Positions 21,782-32,647 of a stretch of DNA of 64,000 bases are shown one piece after another (position 1 is the first letter of the stretch; every line of letters starts with the position of its first letter). The stretch is taken from positions 1-64,000 of IMG/VR virus record IMGVR_UViG_3300008113_000019, one strand, 5' to 3'. The notes beneath the pieces were generated by a model. That model searched no databases. It was not told where the DNA came from and saw only the letters and a list, made by a program, of their open reading frames with translations. Both the position numbers and the translations under genes were made by a program. The stretch comes from a virus (lineage: Duplodnaviria; Caudoviricetes).

Positions 21782-24700
21782 TCATGTTGTAATTAGTTCA
21801 TATGATGCTTTAAACACCGTTGAAGTTGCCGATGCCGGGGTAATACGAATTCTAGTATTTGATCCGGATATATCGCAATCAACAGAATATAATGAAGATC
21901 CGGTTAATAAAGTACCATATTCTGTAGCAATTGCAACAGTAGAATTGGCTGTAATTAATAACTTTGTGGCGTGTCGTGCACCAGCAGACACGGCTTTAAT
22001 TACCAAATCACAGGTATCATATGTTGCTATCGGATATTGAAAAAGAGTAATTTGTGTAGTTGAAGTTGTGGTTGCAGTTGATGTATCTCTTACTGAAATG
22101 CCATCTAACCCAATAGTGCCGGTAGCACTCAAATCTACAACATTAATAATATTAGCACTATTAATGCTAAAGTTATTCATATTAACGTTTGCTTGGGCTG
22201 TACCGCCCCATGATCCAGTAAAGCCTATTGGACCTTGCGCACCGGCCGAACCGGTGAATCCAGTCGTTCCTTGTGAACCAGTATATCCTTCAGGACCTCT
22301 GGCAGACTCTTGAACCCACTGGACAGTGTTTCCATCGTTATAATAAACATAAAGACGCCCAGTATCAGAATTCCACCAAGTATCTCCTGCAGCCGGTGAC
22401 GACGGGGCGGTATTACCAATATATGAATTGCTTCTCGACCCAGTGAAACCGATACTTCCAGTAAAGCCGATACTACCAGTGAAACCTGCAGAACCAGTGA
22501 AACCTACAGAACCAGTAAAACCAGTTGTGCCCTGAGCACCTTGACTTCCCGTAAATCCAATTGGACCTTGGGCGCCAAGAGATCCAGTAAATCCGGTTGT
22601 ACCCTGGGCACCTTGTGAACCAGTGAAACCTGCAGAACCAGTGAAACCTTGGCTGCCTGTAAAACCGGCACTTCCAGTAAAGCCGCGAGATCCTGTAAAT
22701 CCGATCGGTCCCTGAGCACCTTGGCTACCTGTAAATCCGATCGGTCCCTGTGGTCCTGTAGCGCCCTGTGAACCAGTAAATCCAATTAATCCTTGAGGAC
22801 CAGTAGCTCCTTGAGAACCGGTAAATCCCGTTGGTCCTTGGGGGCCTGTTGCACCTGTTATGCCCTGACTACCAGTAAATCCAATTGGGCCTTGTGGTCC
22901 TTGCGCGCCTAGTGATCCAGTAAAGCCAATAAGACCTTGAGGACCCTGGGCACCAACCGAACCCGTGAATCCGATTGGACCTTGCGCACCAAGTGATCCA
23001 GTAAATCCGATTGGACCTTGAGAACCAGTATATCCTTCCGGGCCGCGTGCAGATTCCTGAACCCATTGAACTGTATTGCCATCATCATAATATACATATA
23101 AGCGACCAGTATCCGAATTCCACCATGTGTCACCAGCAGTTGGCGATGACGGAGCTGTATTTCCGATATAGGAATTACTTCTAGATCCTGTAAAACCGAT
23201 GCTACCAGTAAAACCACGAGATCCAGTGAAACCTAATGATCCGACAAATCCAACACTACCAGTAAAACCAGTTATGCCTTGTGGTCCCGTTGCACCCTGG
23301 CTACCAGTGAAACCAATAACACCCTGTGGACCTTGAGCCCCTAGTGATCCAGTAAATCCGATTGGTCCTTGCGCGCCAACGGAACCAGTAAAACCTATTG
23401 TACCTTGCGGGCCTTGAGCCCCTTGTGAACCAGTGAAACCAATTGGACCTTGTGCACCGACTGATCCAGTAAATCCAGTATCGCCACGGTCGCCGGTTCT
23501 TGCGAAAGTAATAATAACATCTTCTAGATTTGTAAAAGATGTAGCAGAACCAGAAACATATCCGCAATTGACCGTAAACCAGCCAGTATTATTAGTAATA
23601 CTAGAAATGGTATATAGTGCAAAATCAGATGCGTCTAATCTATTAGAAACTCTAAAGTGGCCTTTAATTGTACTAGTAGAGTCATCAATAGTATTTAAGA
23701 ATGATGTAATATCTGTTGCGCCATCATTCGACGCGTCAATATACATTGCTGTAGCTAACGTTACGTTAGCATTATTGAATCTTAAACGACCTGTACCAGG
23801 GTCTGAAGCAGTAGTTGTTGTATCAAAAGTATAATCAAAAGTAGCGCCGCCGAAATTACCATCAGCACCACGAGATCCAGTAAAACCTGTAGAACCTTGG
23901 CTACCAGTGAAACCTGCAGAACCAGTAAAACCTAATGACCCGGTAAATCCAACAGATCCAGTAAATCCAGTCGTTCCTTGAGAACCAGTATATCCTTCTG
24001 GACCGCGAGCAGACTCCTGAACCCACTGGACGGTATTACCGTCATTGTAGTAAACATATAATCTACCGGTATCTGAATTCCACCAGGTATCACCAGCCGC
24101 CGGTGAAGATGGTGCCGTGTTTCCGATATAAGAATTGCTTCTAGAACCAGTGAAACCAATATCGCCCTTGGAACCGGTGAAACCTAATGATCCAGTAAAT
24201 CCAACACTGCCAGTAAATCCAGTTGTGCCTTGAGGACCTTGCGATCCGGTGAAACCAATTGGACCCTGTGCACCAAGAGATCCGGTAAAACCTGTAGAAC
24301 CTTGACTACCAGTGAAACCTGCAGAACCAGTAAATCCAATAGGGCCTTGCGCACCTTGGGAACCTGTAAATCCAGTTGTACCCTGGGCACCTTGACTTCC
24401 CGTAAATCCAATAGGACCTTGAGGACCGCCAGCACCTTGGCTACCAGTAAAACCAATAATCCCTTGAGGACCTTGAGGACCTGTTGCACCTTGGCTACCA
24501 GTGAAACCTATAAGACCCTGAGGACCGGTTGCACCGACAGAACCTGTGAATCCAGTCGTTCCTCGCGAACCGGTATATCCCTCAGGACCTCTAGCTGACT
24601 CTTGAACCCACTGGACCGTATTACCATCATCATAGTAAACATAGAGACGCCCGGTATCGGAATTCCACCAAGTATCACCAGCGTTTGGTGAAGATGGCGC

Positions 24701-26605
24701 AGTGTTTCCAATATATGAATTGCCACGTGAACCGGTGAAACCAATACTTCCTGTAAAACCGCGTGAACCGGTGAAACCAATAACACCTTGTGCACCTTGG
24801 CTACCAGTAAAACCAATAACACCTTGTGCACCTTGGGAACCTGTAAAGCCGACTACACCTTGAGCACCTTGGCTACCAGTGAAACCAATAACACCCTGAG
24901 CACCTTGGCTACCAGTGAAACCAATAACACCCTGAGCACCTTGGCTACCAGTGAAACCTGCAGAACCGGTGAAACCTTGACTACCGGTGAATCCAATCGG
25001 CCCTTGAGGTCCAGTCGGACCAACAGGTCCTGTTCCACCTAATGAACCAGTAAAACCTGTTGTACCCTGGGCACCTTGACTTCCTGTGAAGCCGGTCGCG
25101 CCTTGAGCACCTTGGCTACCAGTGAAACCAATGACACCCTGCGCACCTTGGCTACCAGTGAAGCCAGTAGCGCCTTGGGAACCAGTGAAACCAGTCGCGC
25201 CGCGCGAACCAGTAAAGCCGATATCGCCCTGGCTACCAGTGAATCCAATTGGGCCTTGTGCACCTTGTGCGCCTTGAGAACCTGTGAAACCTACGTCACC
25301 ACGAGAACCTGTAAATCCGATTGCTCCTTGCGGACCTTGGGCGCCTTGCGAACCAGTAAAGCCGGTCGTGCCTTGCGGACCGGTCGGACCCGTCGATCCC
25401 ACATCGCCTTTTGAACCAGTGAAACCTGTCGTGCCTTGGGCACCTTGCGAACCGGTAAAACCAATTGGACCCTGAGCACCTTGCGAACCGGTGAAACCTG
25501 TTGTACCTTGAGCACCTTGCGAACCAGTAAAGCCTATAGGGCCTTGTGCGCCTTGGCTACCTGTAAAGCCTGTAGATCCAGTAAACCCGGTAACACCCTG
25601 TGGACCGCCATCGCCCTTTGAACCCGTGAAGCCAATCGGTCCTTGTGCACCTTGGCTACCGGTAAAACCTGAAGACCCAGTGAAACCAATTGGTCCTTGT
25701 GGACCTGTTGCGCCCTGGCTTCCGGTAAATCCTGCACCTTGTGAACCGGTAAATCCTAAACTTCCGGTAAAACCTGTAACACCTTGCGCGCCCTGAGGCC
25801 CGGTAGGACCTGTAGCGCCTTGGCTGCCGGTAAAACCTTGGCTACCAGTATAGCCAATTGGACCTGGGACAACCGATGCAGAACCCGTAAAACCGGATGA
25901 GCCTGTGAAACCGATATCACCTTTGGAGCCGGTGAAACCGATATTGCCTTGGCTGCCAGTAAAACCTTGGCTACCTGTGAAACCAGTTGCACCACGTGAT
26001 CCTGTAAAACCGATTGATCCTTGTGACCCGGTAAAACCTGATGATCCAGTAAATCCAGTATCGCCACGATCACCAGTTCTTGCAAACGTGATAATGATAT
26101 CAAGGTTATTTGCTAATGATGTAGAACCGGCCAGATAAGCTACTGGAACTTGAAAACTATTTCCAGAATAGATATGAGAACCGACTATTGAGAACTGTGA
26201 AAAGTTAGCTGTATTGCCCTTCTCGGTAACCGTGAAGTGACCTTTGATTGCAGATGTTGAATCGTCGATTGTCTGCAAATAATTGTAAATAGGGGCCGTA
26301 GTATCATCTACGTCATTGATAATAAGAGTCGTGGCACTAGATAGGTTAGTATTATTAAATTTTAAATACCCGTCACCAGGGTCTGATAACGTAACATCCG
26401 TGCTAAACGTATAGTCGAATGCAGCGCCACCAAAAGAACCCGGATCACCCTTGTCGCCCTTTGAACCGGTGAACCCAGCACCTGGGCCCCAATATACTGC
26501 ACTCCCGTTTGAAAGCAGCGCTTGGCCAGCGGATCCAATATATCCGTTAGCAATAATACCTTTTACAGAAACATTATTGAATAAATGAATTGTATCTTTA
26601 GACAT
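21782..26605 (-). CDS. Collagen-like fibre protein (1607 aa) with interspersed globular modules
   Basis: Extensive GFTGSQG Gly-X-Y tracts, four 48-aa modules, two ~125-aa FDYTF...[10 protein letters not shown] modules, C-terminal beta domain. Confidence 0.85.
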   Translation of the reverse strand: MSKDTIHLFNNVSVKGIIANGYIGSAGQALLSNGSAVYWGPGAGFTGSKGDKGDPGSFGGAAFDYTFSTDVTLSDPGDGYLKFNNTNLSSATTLIINDVDDTTAPIYNYLQTIDDSTSAIKGHFTVTEKGNTANFSQFSIVGSHIYSGNSFQVPVAYLAGSTSLANNLDIIITFARTGDRGDTGFTGSSGFTGSQGSIGFTGSRGATGFTGSQGFTGSQGNIGFTGSKGDIGFTGSSGFTGSASVVPGPIGYTGSQGFTGSQGATGPTGPQGAQGVTGFTGSLGFTGSQGAGFTGSQGATGPQGPIGFTGSSGFTGSQGAQGPIGFTGSKGDGGPQGVTGFTGSTGFTGSQGAQGPIGFTGSQGAQGTTGFTGSQGAQGPIGFTGSQGAQGTTGFTGSKGDVGSTGPTGPQGTTGFTGSQGAQGPQGAIGFTGSRGDVGFTGSQGAQGAQGPIGFTGSQGDIGFTGSRGATGFTGSQGATGFTGSQGAQGVIGFTGSQGAQGATGFTGSQGAQGTTGFTGSLGGTGPVGPTGPQGPIGFTGSQGFTGSAGFTGSQGAQGVIGFTGSQGAQGVIGFTGSQGAQGVVGFTGSQGAQGVIGFTGSQGAQGVIGFTGSRGFTGSIGFTGSRGNSYIGNTAPSSPNAGDTWWNSDTGRLYVYYDDGNTVQWVQESARGPEGYTGSRGTTGFTGSVGATGPQGLIGFTGSQGATGPQGPQGIIGFTGSQGAGGPQGPIGFTGSQGAQGTTGFTGSQGAQGPIGFTGSAGFTGSQGSTGFTGSLGAQGPIGFTGSQGPQGTTGFTGSVGFTGSLGFTGSKGDIGFTGSRSNSYIGNTAPSSPAAGDTWWNSDTGRLYVYYNDGNTVQWVQESARGPEGYTGSQGTTGFTGSVGFTGSLGFTGSAGFTGSQGSTGFTGSRGADGNFGGATFDYTFDTTTTASDPGTGRLRFNNANVTLATAMYIDASNDGATDITSFLNTIDDSTSTIKGHFRVSNRLDASDFALYTISSITNNTGWFTVNCGYVSGSATSFTNLEDVIITFARTGDRGDTGFTGSVGAQGPIGFTGSQGAQGPQGTIGFTGSVGAQGPIGFTGSLGAQGPQGVIGFTGSQGATGPQGITGFTGSVGFVGSLGFTGSRGFTGSIGFTGSRSNSYIGNTAPSSPTAGDTWWNSDTGRLYVYYDDGNTVQWVQESARGPEGYTGSQGPIGFTGSLGAQGPIGFTGSVGAQGPQGLIGFTGSLGAQGPQGPIGFTGSQGITGATGPQGPTGFTGSQGATGPQGLIGFTGSQGATGPQGPIGFTGSQGAQGPIGFTGSRGFTGSAGFTGSQGFTGSAGFTGSQGAQGTTGFTGSLGAQGPIGFTGSQGAQGTTGFTGSVGFTGSAGFTGSIGFTGSIGFTGSRSNSYIGNTAPSSPAAGDTWWNSDTGRLYVYYNDGNTVQWVQESARGPEGYTGSQGTTGFTGSAGAQGPIGFTGSWGGTAQANVNMNNFSINSANIINVVDLSATGTIGLDGISVRDTSTATTTSTTQITLFQYPIATYDTCDLVIKAVSAGARHATKLLITANSTVAIATEYGTLLTGSSLYSVDCDISGSNTRIRITPASATSTVFKASYELITT

Positions 26606-27827
26606 TCGATAGCGCTACCATTACGGTGTTTGATATATTGCTCGACATATATGCAAATTCATATGGCGTCGAAACAAAAACTGCATTTGCAATATATTTA
26701 TTGAAAGTTTCAGAGGCCGTTATGATAGAATTTCCGTTTCTGCTTACACTTATTCCATTTGCATTATAATTCAGTACAATTTTGTTTGTTACTTGCTGAG
26801 CACCGCAATTAGTAGTATTTACAAAAATATTGTTGGAAGAATCGACGTAAATTCGGTTATTTGCATTATTTGAATTGAAACTAAGAATAGTATTCCCTGC
26901 TGCAACAACATCCCATTTAATATAGATCGCGCCTTCATCTTGATTGTAAGTGTGGAATGGCACGTACTCTTTCAATTCAAAGTCTTTGACAAAGAGGCGA
27001 TTATTGATATCGCCAAACCCGAATGATACATGAGCACTATTTGATGTTGGTGAGAACACAATAGAGAATGCAGTATCTGTTGAGTTGGCAATATAACCAC
27101 CATAATCGTTGTCACCAAAGCGAGTGCCGACCTCAATTCGTGAAGGACCAGCATCTCTGTCTTCGTGTGTTTGAGAAAAGTTTTGATCCGACGTATAGTA
27201 GGCACTTCCGGTCAAAATATATCTTTTTCCTGGAGACACTACCAATTCTTGAGTCTGGCAGTTGTCTTTCTGGCCAGAGGAGATGGCTACTTCATAATCG
27301 TCTTCCGTAGTTCGAATACTACCATTTGCCGCAGTCCAAGTCGATAACATGTTTTCTTTTGTTTTGATTGGACCCATTACACCAGATGTTACAAAAGCAT
27401 TTGCATATGTAAAGGTATTATTATTTGACTGACGAATTGAAAGATTATTTGCGCCGTTGAAATAAATGCCAAGACCCTCTGTTGTCTTAATGTTTCTTCC
27501 ACTCAAAGTATTCTCAGAATACAAATTGCATTGTACTGCCGATCTTTCAATCGAGAAAGTGGTTGGTATTACAGTTGGAGTAACATTAACAATACCGGTA
27601 TTGTTTGCAACAGAAACTACTAACTCGAGTGGAATGATTCCATTTTTAGCAAGGGCAATTTGTTGTTCTGACGTTTGGATTCCATCATGACTCACATCCA
27701 TCACAGAGTAGTACGTAGTATTTCCAGCTGTTACGTGGACCCGATAATGAATAGTCTTTTCTGTCGGCAAATCGAATGTATCGATTGTCTGAGAAGAAGT
27801 ATTAGTAGATGTGTATACTATGCTCAT
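26598..27827 (-). CDS. Virion-associated protein, possible carbohydrate-binding domain
   Basis: Beta-rich. N-terminal domain resembles the C-terminal domains of the 1607-aa and 765-aa proteins; CBM-like segment [15 protein letters not shown]...[14 protein letters not shown]. Confidence 0.5.
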   Translation of the reverse strand: MSIVYTSTNTSSQTIDTFDLPTEKTIHYRVHVTAGNTTYYSVMDVSHDGIQTSEQQIALAKNGIIPLELVVSVANNTGIVNVTPTVIPTTFSIERSAVQCNLYSENTLSGRNIKTTEGLGIYFNGANNLSIRQSNNNTFTYANAFVTSGVMGPIKTKENMLSTWTAANGSIRTTEDDYEVAISSGQKDNCQTQELVVSPGKRYILTGSAYYTSDQNFSQTHEDRDAGPSRIEVGTRFGDNDYGGYIANSTDTAFSIVFSPTSNSAHVSFGFGDINNRLFVKDFELKEYVPFHTYNQDEGAIYIKWDVVAAGNTILSFNSNNANNRIYVDSSNNIFVNTTNCGAQQVTNKIVLNYNANGISVSRNGNSIITASETFNKYIANAVFVSTPYEFAYMSSNISNTVMVALSNV

Positions 27828-27828
27828 G

Positions 27829-28083
27829 TTATCCTGTCAGTTCAGTGTAATTAAAAAAGCTAGTAGCCTCTTCTCTGCTATTGAACCAATACCATCCATC
27901 AATAGGGTATTGATGATTGTCCTTATTCTCTCTATGCAATTCGTAGTTTGCATTCAATACAAAATTAGGTCCATATAGCAACTCACCTGGATAAATATAA
28001 CGGGTGTTTGCTGTATTAGCTACTTCTGGGAGACGCCCAGATACAAATGTCCTTTTATGGACAATAGGTAAGGTATTTGCCAT
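27829..28083 (-). CDS. Small protein, apparently a chimera (fibre N-terminus fused to a fibre-accessory C-terminus)
   Basis: Start moved to ATG 28083 (GGGAG upstream). MANTLPIVHKRT...GRLP...PGEL joined to LYGPNFVLNANYELHRE...YPIDGWYWFNSREEA. Confidence 0.5.
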   Translation of the reverse strand: MANTLPIVHKRTFVSGRLPEVANTANTRYIYPGELLYGPNFVLNANYELHRENKDNHQYPIDGWYWFNSREEATSFFNYTELTG

Positions 28084-28129
28084 ATGGCTCCCGGGAGTGG
28101 ATATATATCTTATAGCCACACTATTTAGT

Positions 28130-28158
28130 GTGTACTTTATTCAAAAACTATTTATAAT
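28130..28158 (+). promoter_or_regulatory. Sigma70-like early promoter GTGTAC-N17-TATAAT for the glycosyltransferase cassette
   Basis: -35 at 28130-28135, 17-bp spacer, perfect -10 at 28153-28158, ATG at 28165. Confidence 0.6.
28149..28156 (-). promoter_or_regulatory. T4-type late promoter TATAAATA
   Basis: Exact consensus upstream of the 28083 fibre operon; overlaps the -10 of the opposite-strand promoter. Confidence 0.75.
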
Positions 28159-28164
28159 GGAAAC

Positions 28165-30213
28165 ATGATGAAGATTGCTTTTATCGATACACTCGGCCTG
28201 ACCTATGATGGATCCACACTCTCGAAGAGAGGTCTTGGAGGATCCGAATCGGCCGTCATTCGCATGTCCCAAGAACTCGCTAAGATTGGATTCGATGTCA
28301 CAGTCTTTAATGATTGTACGTCAGACGATTCAAAGCATGGTATATATGATGGTGTAGTTTATACACCTATCCAAAATGCACATTTAAACACATCCGTCTT
28401 CGATGTAGTTATTGTATCGCGATCAGTTAAACCTATTTCAGATGGTTGGTTAGTTGTTGCTAATGCAAAGCACGTCTGCCTCTGGATGCATGATACATTC
28501 TGTGAAGGCGATGATCAGATCGAATATTTGATTAATATCGGTAAACTGCAAGAGATCTTTACGCTCACTGACTGGCATACCGGCTATGTCACGCATTGTG
28601 ATCATGGATTCCGTCGTAACTACGACGTCCTAAAGAACCATATCTTCATGACGCGCAATGGTATCGGGAATATGAATCCTGGTTGGATTGATATTCGTGA
28701 GAAAGATCCGAATCTCTTCGTGTTCAATGCCTCTGTGACCAAGGGCATGGTTCCTCTTGTCAAGCAGATTTGGCCGGAAGTCAAGCGTCGTATTCCAGAC
28801 GCAAAGCTCAAGATCATTGGCGGATACTATAAGTTCCGTGAAGCAGCAGGTCCTGACCAGCAACAGAAGGATTGGACTGAACTAGCGCTCCAGCACGGCA
28901 AGGATATTCACTTCACGGGCGTGATTACTCAGCAAGAGATCTCTGATATCCTGCGCAAAGCCAGTTATATGATCTATCCTGCTGGATTCCCAGAGACGTT
29001 TGGTATCTCTACACTCGAAGCTCTGGCCCATAACGTACCGCTGATTACATGTCAGTTTGGTGCTCTTGAGGAAACTGCTATCGATCTTGCATCATGGAAG
29101 ATCAAGTATCCTGTTGAACCAAACTGGGCTATGCAATGGTTAAACCAAGAATCACAAGTTAATCTCTTTGTTGACAAGGTTGTAGAGGCATATAATACTC
29201 CGTATCTTCATCAACAGAAGATGTATGCCTGCAATCAGATCAAGGATATTTGTACGTGGGATACTGTTGCTCTGCAATGGAAGCAGCATCTTTACCATAA
29301 ACTCGGTAAGTACTTACCAATCGATGAATACCGCAAGGTAACCAAGATCAACGACAAAGTTCGTAGAGTATTCAACCGCCGATTCTTGAATAAAGAAGAG
29401 ATGCGTGAAACACATCAAAGTCCTTTTTGGCCAATTTCAGTTATTACACCGGTCTATAATGCAGAGAATTACATTGTAAAGTGTATTGAATCAGTAGCAC
29501 AGCAAGACTATCAGAACTATGTGATGCATATCATCGATGATTGCTCTACTGACAATACGGTGCAAGTAGCACAAGAGTATATCGACTCTTTACCAGAGGA
29601 TATTCGATACAACTTTGTTCTTCATAAAAACAAAGAAAATCTTGGGGCCGTCTGGAATCAAGTGAACACTATCGAAAAAGAATGTGGTCACGATATCGTC
29701 ATGCTACTTGATGGAGATGATTGGCTGATCAACGATCCGAATCTATTCCATAAGTACAACAATCTCTACAACGAAGGAGCTCAGTTCACTTACGGATCTT
29801 GTTGGTCTGTATGTGATAATATTCCATTAATTGCGCAGGAATATCCGCCTGAGGTCAAGGCTAATAAGGCTTATCGTGAGTATAAATTTAATTGGAATAT
29901 GCCATATACTCATCTGCGTACGTTTAAAGCTTACCTCATGCATAATTACCTACACCTAAAAGGTAATTATGCATTCCGCGATGAAGATGGCAATTGGCTA
30001 AAGGCCGGTGGCGATACAGCAGTTTTCTATGCTATGATCGAAACTGCTGATCCTGAAGGTGTTGTCTGCGTTCCGGAAGTAGTATATCACTACAATGATG
30101 CTAATCCATTAAATGATTATAAAGTCAATGCAGAAGAACAGAACAAGACAGCTGCACATGTTCTAAATAATTCACCGTTTACTCTTGGACAATATGATTT
30201 GAGGCCTCTGTGA
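28165..30213 (+). CDS. Two-domain glycosyltransferase (GT-B/GT4-like plus GT-A/GT2-like)
   Basis: GLGGSESAV and FPETFGISTLEALAH (GT-B E-x7-E); ISVITPVYNAE, IIDDCSTD, LLDGDDWL (GT2). Confidence 0.9.
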   Translation: MMKIAFIDTLGLTYDGSTLSKRGLGGSESAVIRMSQELAKIGFDVTVFNDCTSDDSKHGIYDGVVYTPIQNAHLNTSVFDVVIVSRSVKPISDGWLVVANAKHVCLWMHDTFCEGDDQIEYLINIGKLQEIFTLTDWHTGYVTHCDHGFRRNYDVLKNHIFMTRNGIGNMNPGWIDIREKDPNLFVFNASVTKGMVPLVKQIWPEVKRRIPDAKLKIIGGYYKFREAAGPDQQQKDWTELALQHGKDIHFTGVITQQEISDILRKASYMIYPAGFPETFGISTLEALAHNVPLITCQFGALEETAIDLASWKIKYPVEPNWAMQWLNQESQVNLFVDKVVEAYNTPYLHQQKMYACNQIKDICTWDTVALQWKQHLYHKLGKYLPIDEYRKVTKINDKVRRVFNRRFLNKEEMRETHQSPFWPISVITPVYNAENYIVKCIESVAQQDYQNYVMHIIDDCSTDNTVQVAQEYIDSLPEDIRYNFVLHKNKENLGAVWNQVNTIEKECGHDIVMLLDGDDWLINDPNLFHKYNNLYNEGAQFTYGSCWSVCDNIPLIAQEYPPEVKANKAYREYKFNWNMPYTHLRTFKAYLMHNYLHLKGNYAFRDEDGNWLKAGGDTAVFYAMIETADPEGVVCVPEVVYHYNDANPLNDYKVNAEEQNKTAAHVLNNSPFTLGQYDLRPL

Positions 30214-31502
30214 AAAAGATTCTAATTGCAATTCCAACTGCTCGTTATATTGAAGCAGACACATTTAAATCCATCTATGACTTGGAGATCCCTGAAGGGT
30301 ATGAAACAACCTTTCAGACTTTCTATGGTTATCGAGTAGATCAGGTTCGTAACCTGATCGCAGATTGGGTTGTACGCGGATTTGATTATTTGTTTGCAGT
30401 AGACCATGACGTCACATTTGCTCCTGATACGCTCAAGAAAATGCTAGCGCATGACGTCGATATGGTGTCTGGCATTTATCGACAACGCCTTCCGGAACAA
30501 CATATCGAAATTTATGATTTGAACCAAAGAAGAATGAAGATTGAAGATCTTCATGGAAAGTCATTAGTTCAAATTGGTGGTTGCGGGTTCGGTTGTGTTC
30601 TTGTAAAGAACGCTGTCCTTGCTCGAATTGGATATCCACAATTCGAATATCATCCGGCTCTTGATCATAATAATACGATCAGTGAAGACAACGACTTTTG
30701 TAAAAAGGTTACAAGAGCTGGATATTCTATTTGGTGTGATCCATCGATTCTATGCGGTCATATTGGTTCGACAACTATGCATGTAGAATTGCCAAAGATC
30801 AATCCGGTTCAACAGCGTTTGAGAGATCTTTACAATCAACCATTACTTCCACAGGATCATGTTGACTATCTGTGGGACATGAAGTACAAGCAACAAATCG
30901 AACCGAAAGTAATTTATGACATCGGTGCGTGTGTGCTTCACTGGACAAATAAAGCCAAGGGTGTATGGCCAAACACCAAAATTATTCCTATTGAAGCCAT
31001 GGATGAAGTTGCAGAGCTGTATGCTAGCGTAGGAATCGATCGATGGGTTGCCGGGTGTCTATTGAGTGACAAGGAAGAAGAAGTTGAGTTCTATGAAAAT
31101 TTAGAACACCCAGGCGGCAACTCGCTTTATAAGGAAAACAATCAACTATCTCCTTTAGCTGACGAACTCTTTCCTGAAGAAAAGAAAGTCAAGAGAAAAA
31201 CTGAGACGCTAGATAATATTGTCTGGTCAATGGGCTTGCCGAAGCCAGACATGATCAAGATGGATATTCAGGGTGCTGAGTTAGCTGCATTAAAGGGTGC
31301 TACTGAAACACTCAAAACAGTCAACCATCTCATTCTTGAGTTGCAGCACAAGGATTATAACTTCGGTGCACCAAAGGCACAGGAAGTGATTGATTATCTG
31401 AAGACTATCGGGTTTGAGATGGTAGGAGATGGAATGTTCTGTGGAAGCAGTCTAGGAGTGGATGGCGACTACCACTTTACTAGAACTCGCCCCCATCAAT
31501 AA
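30210..31502 (+). CDS. GT-A/GT2-like glycosyltransferase fused to an FkbM-family methyltransferase
   Basis: ILIAIPT, RNLIA, DxD (VDHD), GFGCVLV, SEDNDFC; then IYDIGA, ETLD, MIKMDIQGAELAALKGA (FkbM pattern); GTGA overlap with the upstream gene. Confidence 0.85.
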   Translation: MKKILIAIPTARYIEADTFKSIYDLEIPEGYETTFQTFYGYRVDQVRNLIADWVVRGFDYLFAVDHDVTFAPDTLKKMLAHDVDMVSGIYRQRLPEQHIEIYDLNQRRMKIEDLHGKSLVQIGGCGFGCVLVKNAVLARIGYPQFEYHPALDHNNTISEDNDFCKKVTRAGYSIWCDPSILCGHIGSTTMHVELPKINPVQQRLRDLYNQPLLPQDHVDYLWDMKYKQQIEPKVIYDIGACVLHWTNKAKGVWPNTKIIPIEAMDEVAELYASVGIDRWVAGCLLSDKEEEVEFYENLEHPGGNSLYKENNQLSPLADELFPEEKKVKRKTETLDNIVWSMGLPKPDMIKMDIQGAELAALKGATETLKTVNHLILELQHKDYNFGAPKAQEVIDYLKTIGFEMVGDGMFCGSSLGVDGDYHFTRTRPHQ

Positions 31503-31744
31503 TACCAACAACATTAGTAATATCTAAAGGTTTTACTTCATACTTGTTAGTATTAGCATTAAATACTAATGTTGAACCGCTGTCAACATCTATTTCGTCA
31601 ACATTCGGCAGATCTTCGATTTTGATATTCACGTAACTGATTTTTAACAGTGATAGATTTAGGACTTAAGTAGCCTTGGTCAGTTGTGACCTTGGCTATT
31701 ATTTTTGTTTCTGGATTCGGATTGACTTTTACATTGAAAGTCAT
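31480..31744 (-). pseudogene. Frameshifted small virion protein (about 88 aa if restored); absent from ORF track
   Basis: ATG at 31744 (ATGA overlap) gives MTFNVKVNPN...KNQLREYQ. The reading continues in another frame as IEDLPNVDEIDVDSGSTLVFNANTNKYEVKPLDITNVVGIIDGGEF-TAG(31480). Span is 265 bp = 3n+1; the break is at CAAAATC near 31620. Confidence 0.7.
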
Positions 31745-32070
31745 CTTGTAACTCCTGGAGTGACAGTCACAATACCTTCTACAAGACGAGTAATTGCGCC
31801 ATTCGGATCGGTGAGCTCACAATCATACATGTATCGGCCTGGAGCAATCGATCCAGTCGTATTTGCATTCATGGATAATGTAACAATACCAAGAGTCGGA
31901 GAAATAGAAGTTGTAAAAGCATAAGACGTTAGAGACGTATAATACTTACGCATTTGTGCATTTGCTGAATAATTTGTAAGATCAACCGCTACTTCATTGT
32001 CATCAGTGACGTTAATTGACGTTTGAAATGTTGTTCCTTGATCGATAACTAAATTAGCTTTAATTGCCAT
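31741..32070 (-). CDS. Small virion structural protein (BppU-like/Ig-like fibre attachment)
   Basis: ANLVIDQGTTF, DLTNYSANAQMRKYY, GRYMYDCEL, RLVEGIVTVTPGVTR; typical of T4-like fibre clusters. Confidence 0.7.
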   Translation of the reverse strand: MAIKANLVIDQGTTFQTSINVTDDNEVAVDLTNYSANAQMRKYYTSLTSYAFTTSISPTLGIVTLSMNANTTGSIAPGRYMYDCELTDPNGAITRLVEGIVTVTPGVTR

Positions 32071-32086
32071 CTTCTTCTCTTAAGTA

Positions 32087-32647
32087 TTATGGTGTTGCGT
32101 ATGCATCCATGGTTACAAGATTATCAGCCAAAACTTCTTGAGTAATCGCATGTCTTATTTGAGCATTGAATGTTGCAGAGGTCCCGCCAATACTATCGGT
32201 GACGCTCCACGTACGAGTATCGGTGACGCTCCACGTACGAGTAGAAGAGCAAGATAACCAAGTTCCTGTTACGTCCGATCCACCATCAAAAGATCCTGTT
32301 TGAAGATTTACTCGTACTTCATATTGTCCAGTGTTGTCTGAATTTGCACACCAGAGATATTGATCGATAGTATTTCCGGCGTTATTAGTGTATTGAATAT
32401 AACCACTAACGGCATGAACTACCCATTGCACTGTTGCAACAATATTACCAGTACTATATGTAACTGCATCATCATTCAGAGTTACATTATCAAGAAAACC
32501 TTTCCAGGTAGATCCATTCCATACTTTAGCATTTGCGGCGTTTACCCAAGAAGATCCATTCCATACAACAAGTCCACGGTCAGAAACGTTTCCGCCGTCT
32601 TTATTTACTGCTTTCCATGCAGACCCATTCCAAATGTGCATTGCCAT
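32087..32647 (-). CDS. Putative fibre-tip adhesin with WNGSxW repeats
   Basis: Start moved to ATG 32647 (TAATG overlap with the upstream stop). Three WNGS(A/S/T)W repeats, then a domain similar to that of 10629..11195. Confidence 0.6.
   Translation of the reverse strand: MAMHIWNGSAWKAVNKDGGNVSDRGLVVWNGSSWVNAANAKVWNGSTWKGFLDNVTLNDDAVTYSTGNIVATVQWVVHAVSGYIQYTNNAGNTIDQYLWCANSDNTGQYEVRVNLQTGSFDGGSDVTGTWLSCSSTRTWSVTDTRTWSVTDSIGGTSATFNAQIRHAITQEVLADNLVTMDAYATP
32194..32243. repeat. Perfect 24-bp in-frame tandem duplication
   Basis: tatcggtgacgctccacgtacgag x2, encoding TRTWSVTD twice. Confidence 0.95.

Larger units (their letters stand above)
16806..24730 (-). repeat. Six dispersed copies of a ~48-aa module ([52 protein letters not shown])
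   Basis: Copies at about 16806-16965 and 17841-18000 (2153-aa fibre), and 22275-22440, 23022-23185, 23982-24145, 24566-24730 (1607-aa fibre). Protein nearly identical, DNA differing mostly at synonymous sites. Confidence 0.9.

Noticed and set aside
16806-24730. Dispersed repeats as a diversity-generating retroelement (TR/VR) or CRISPR array
   Set aside because: No reverse transcriptase or cas gene in the window; copies are in-frame coding and differ mainly at synonymous positions, not specifically at adenines; no repeat-spacer regularity
12820-26138. Many alternative-frame and antisense ORFs (LLVLQ-rich, PVGP-rich, SRT-rich) over the collagen genes
   Set aside because: Shadows of Gly-X-Y codon periodicity; no RBS, promoter or recognisable domains
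28165-31502. GT cassette as an invertible (phase-variable) segment
   Set aside because: Opposite orientation, but I found no flanking inverted repeats or recombinase, and it has its own promoter
28165-31502. GTs as T4-type DNA glucosyltransferases
   Set aside because: Domain types (GT4/GT2/FkbM) and position in the fibre island fit surface-glycan synthesis better; not excluded without data
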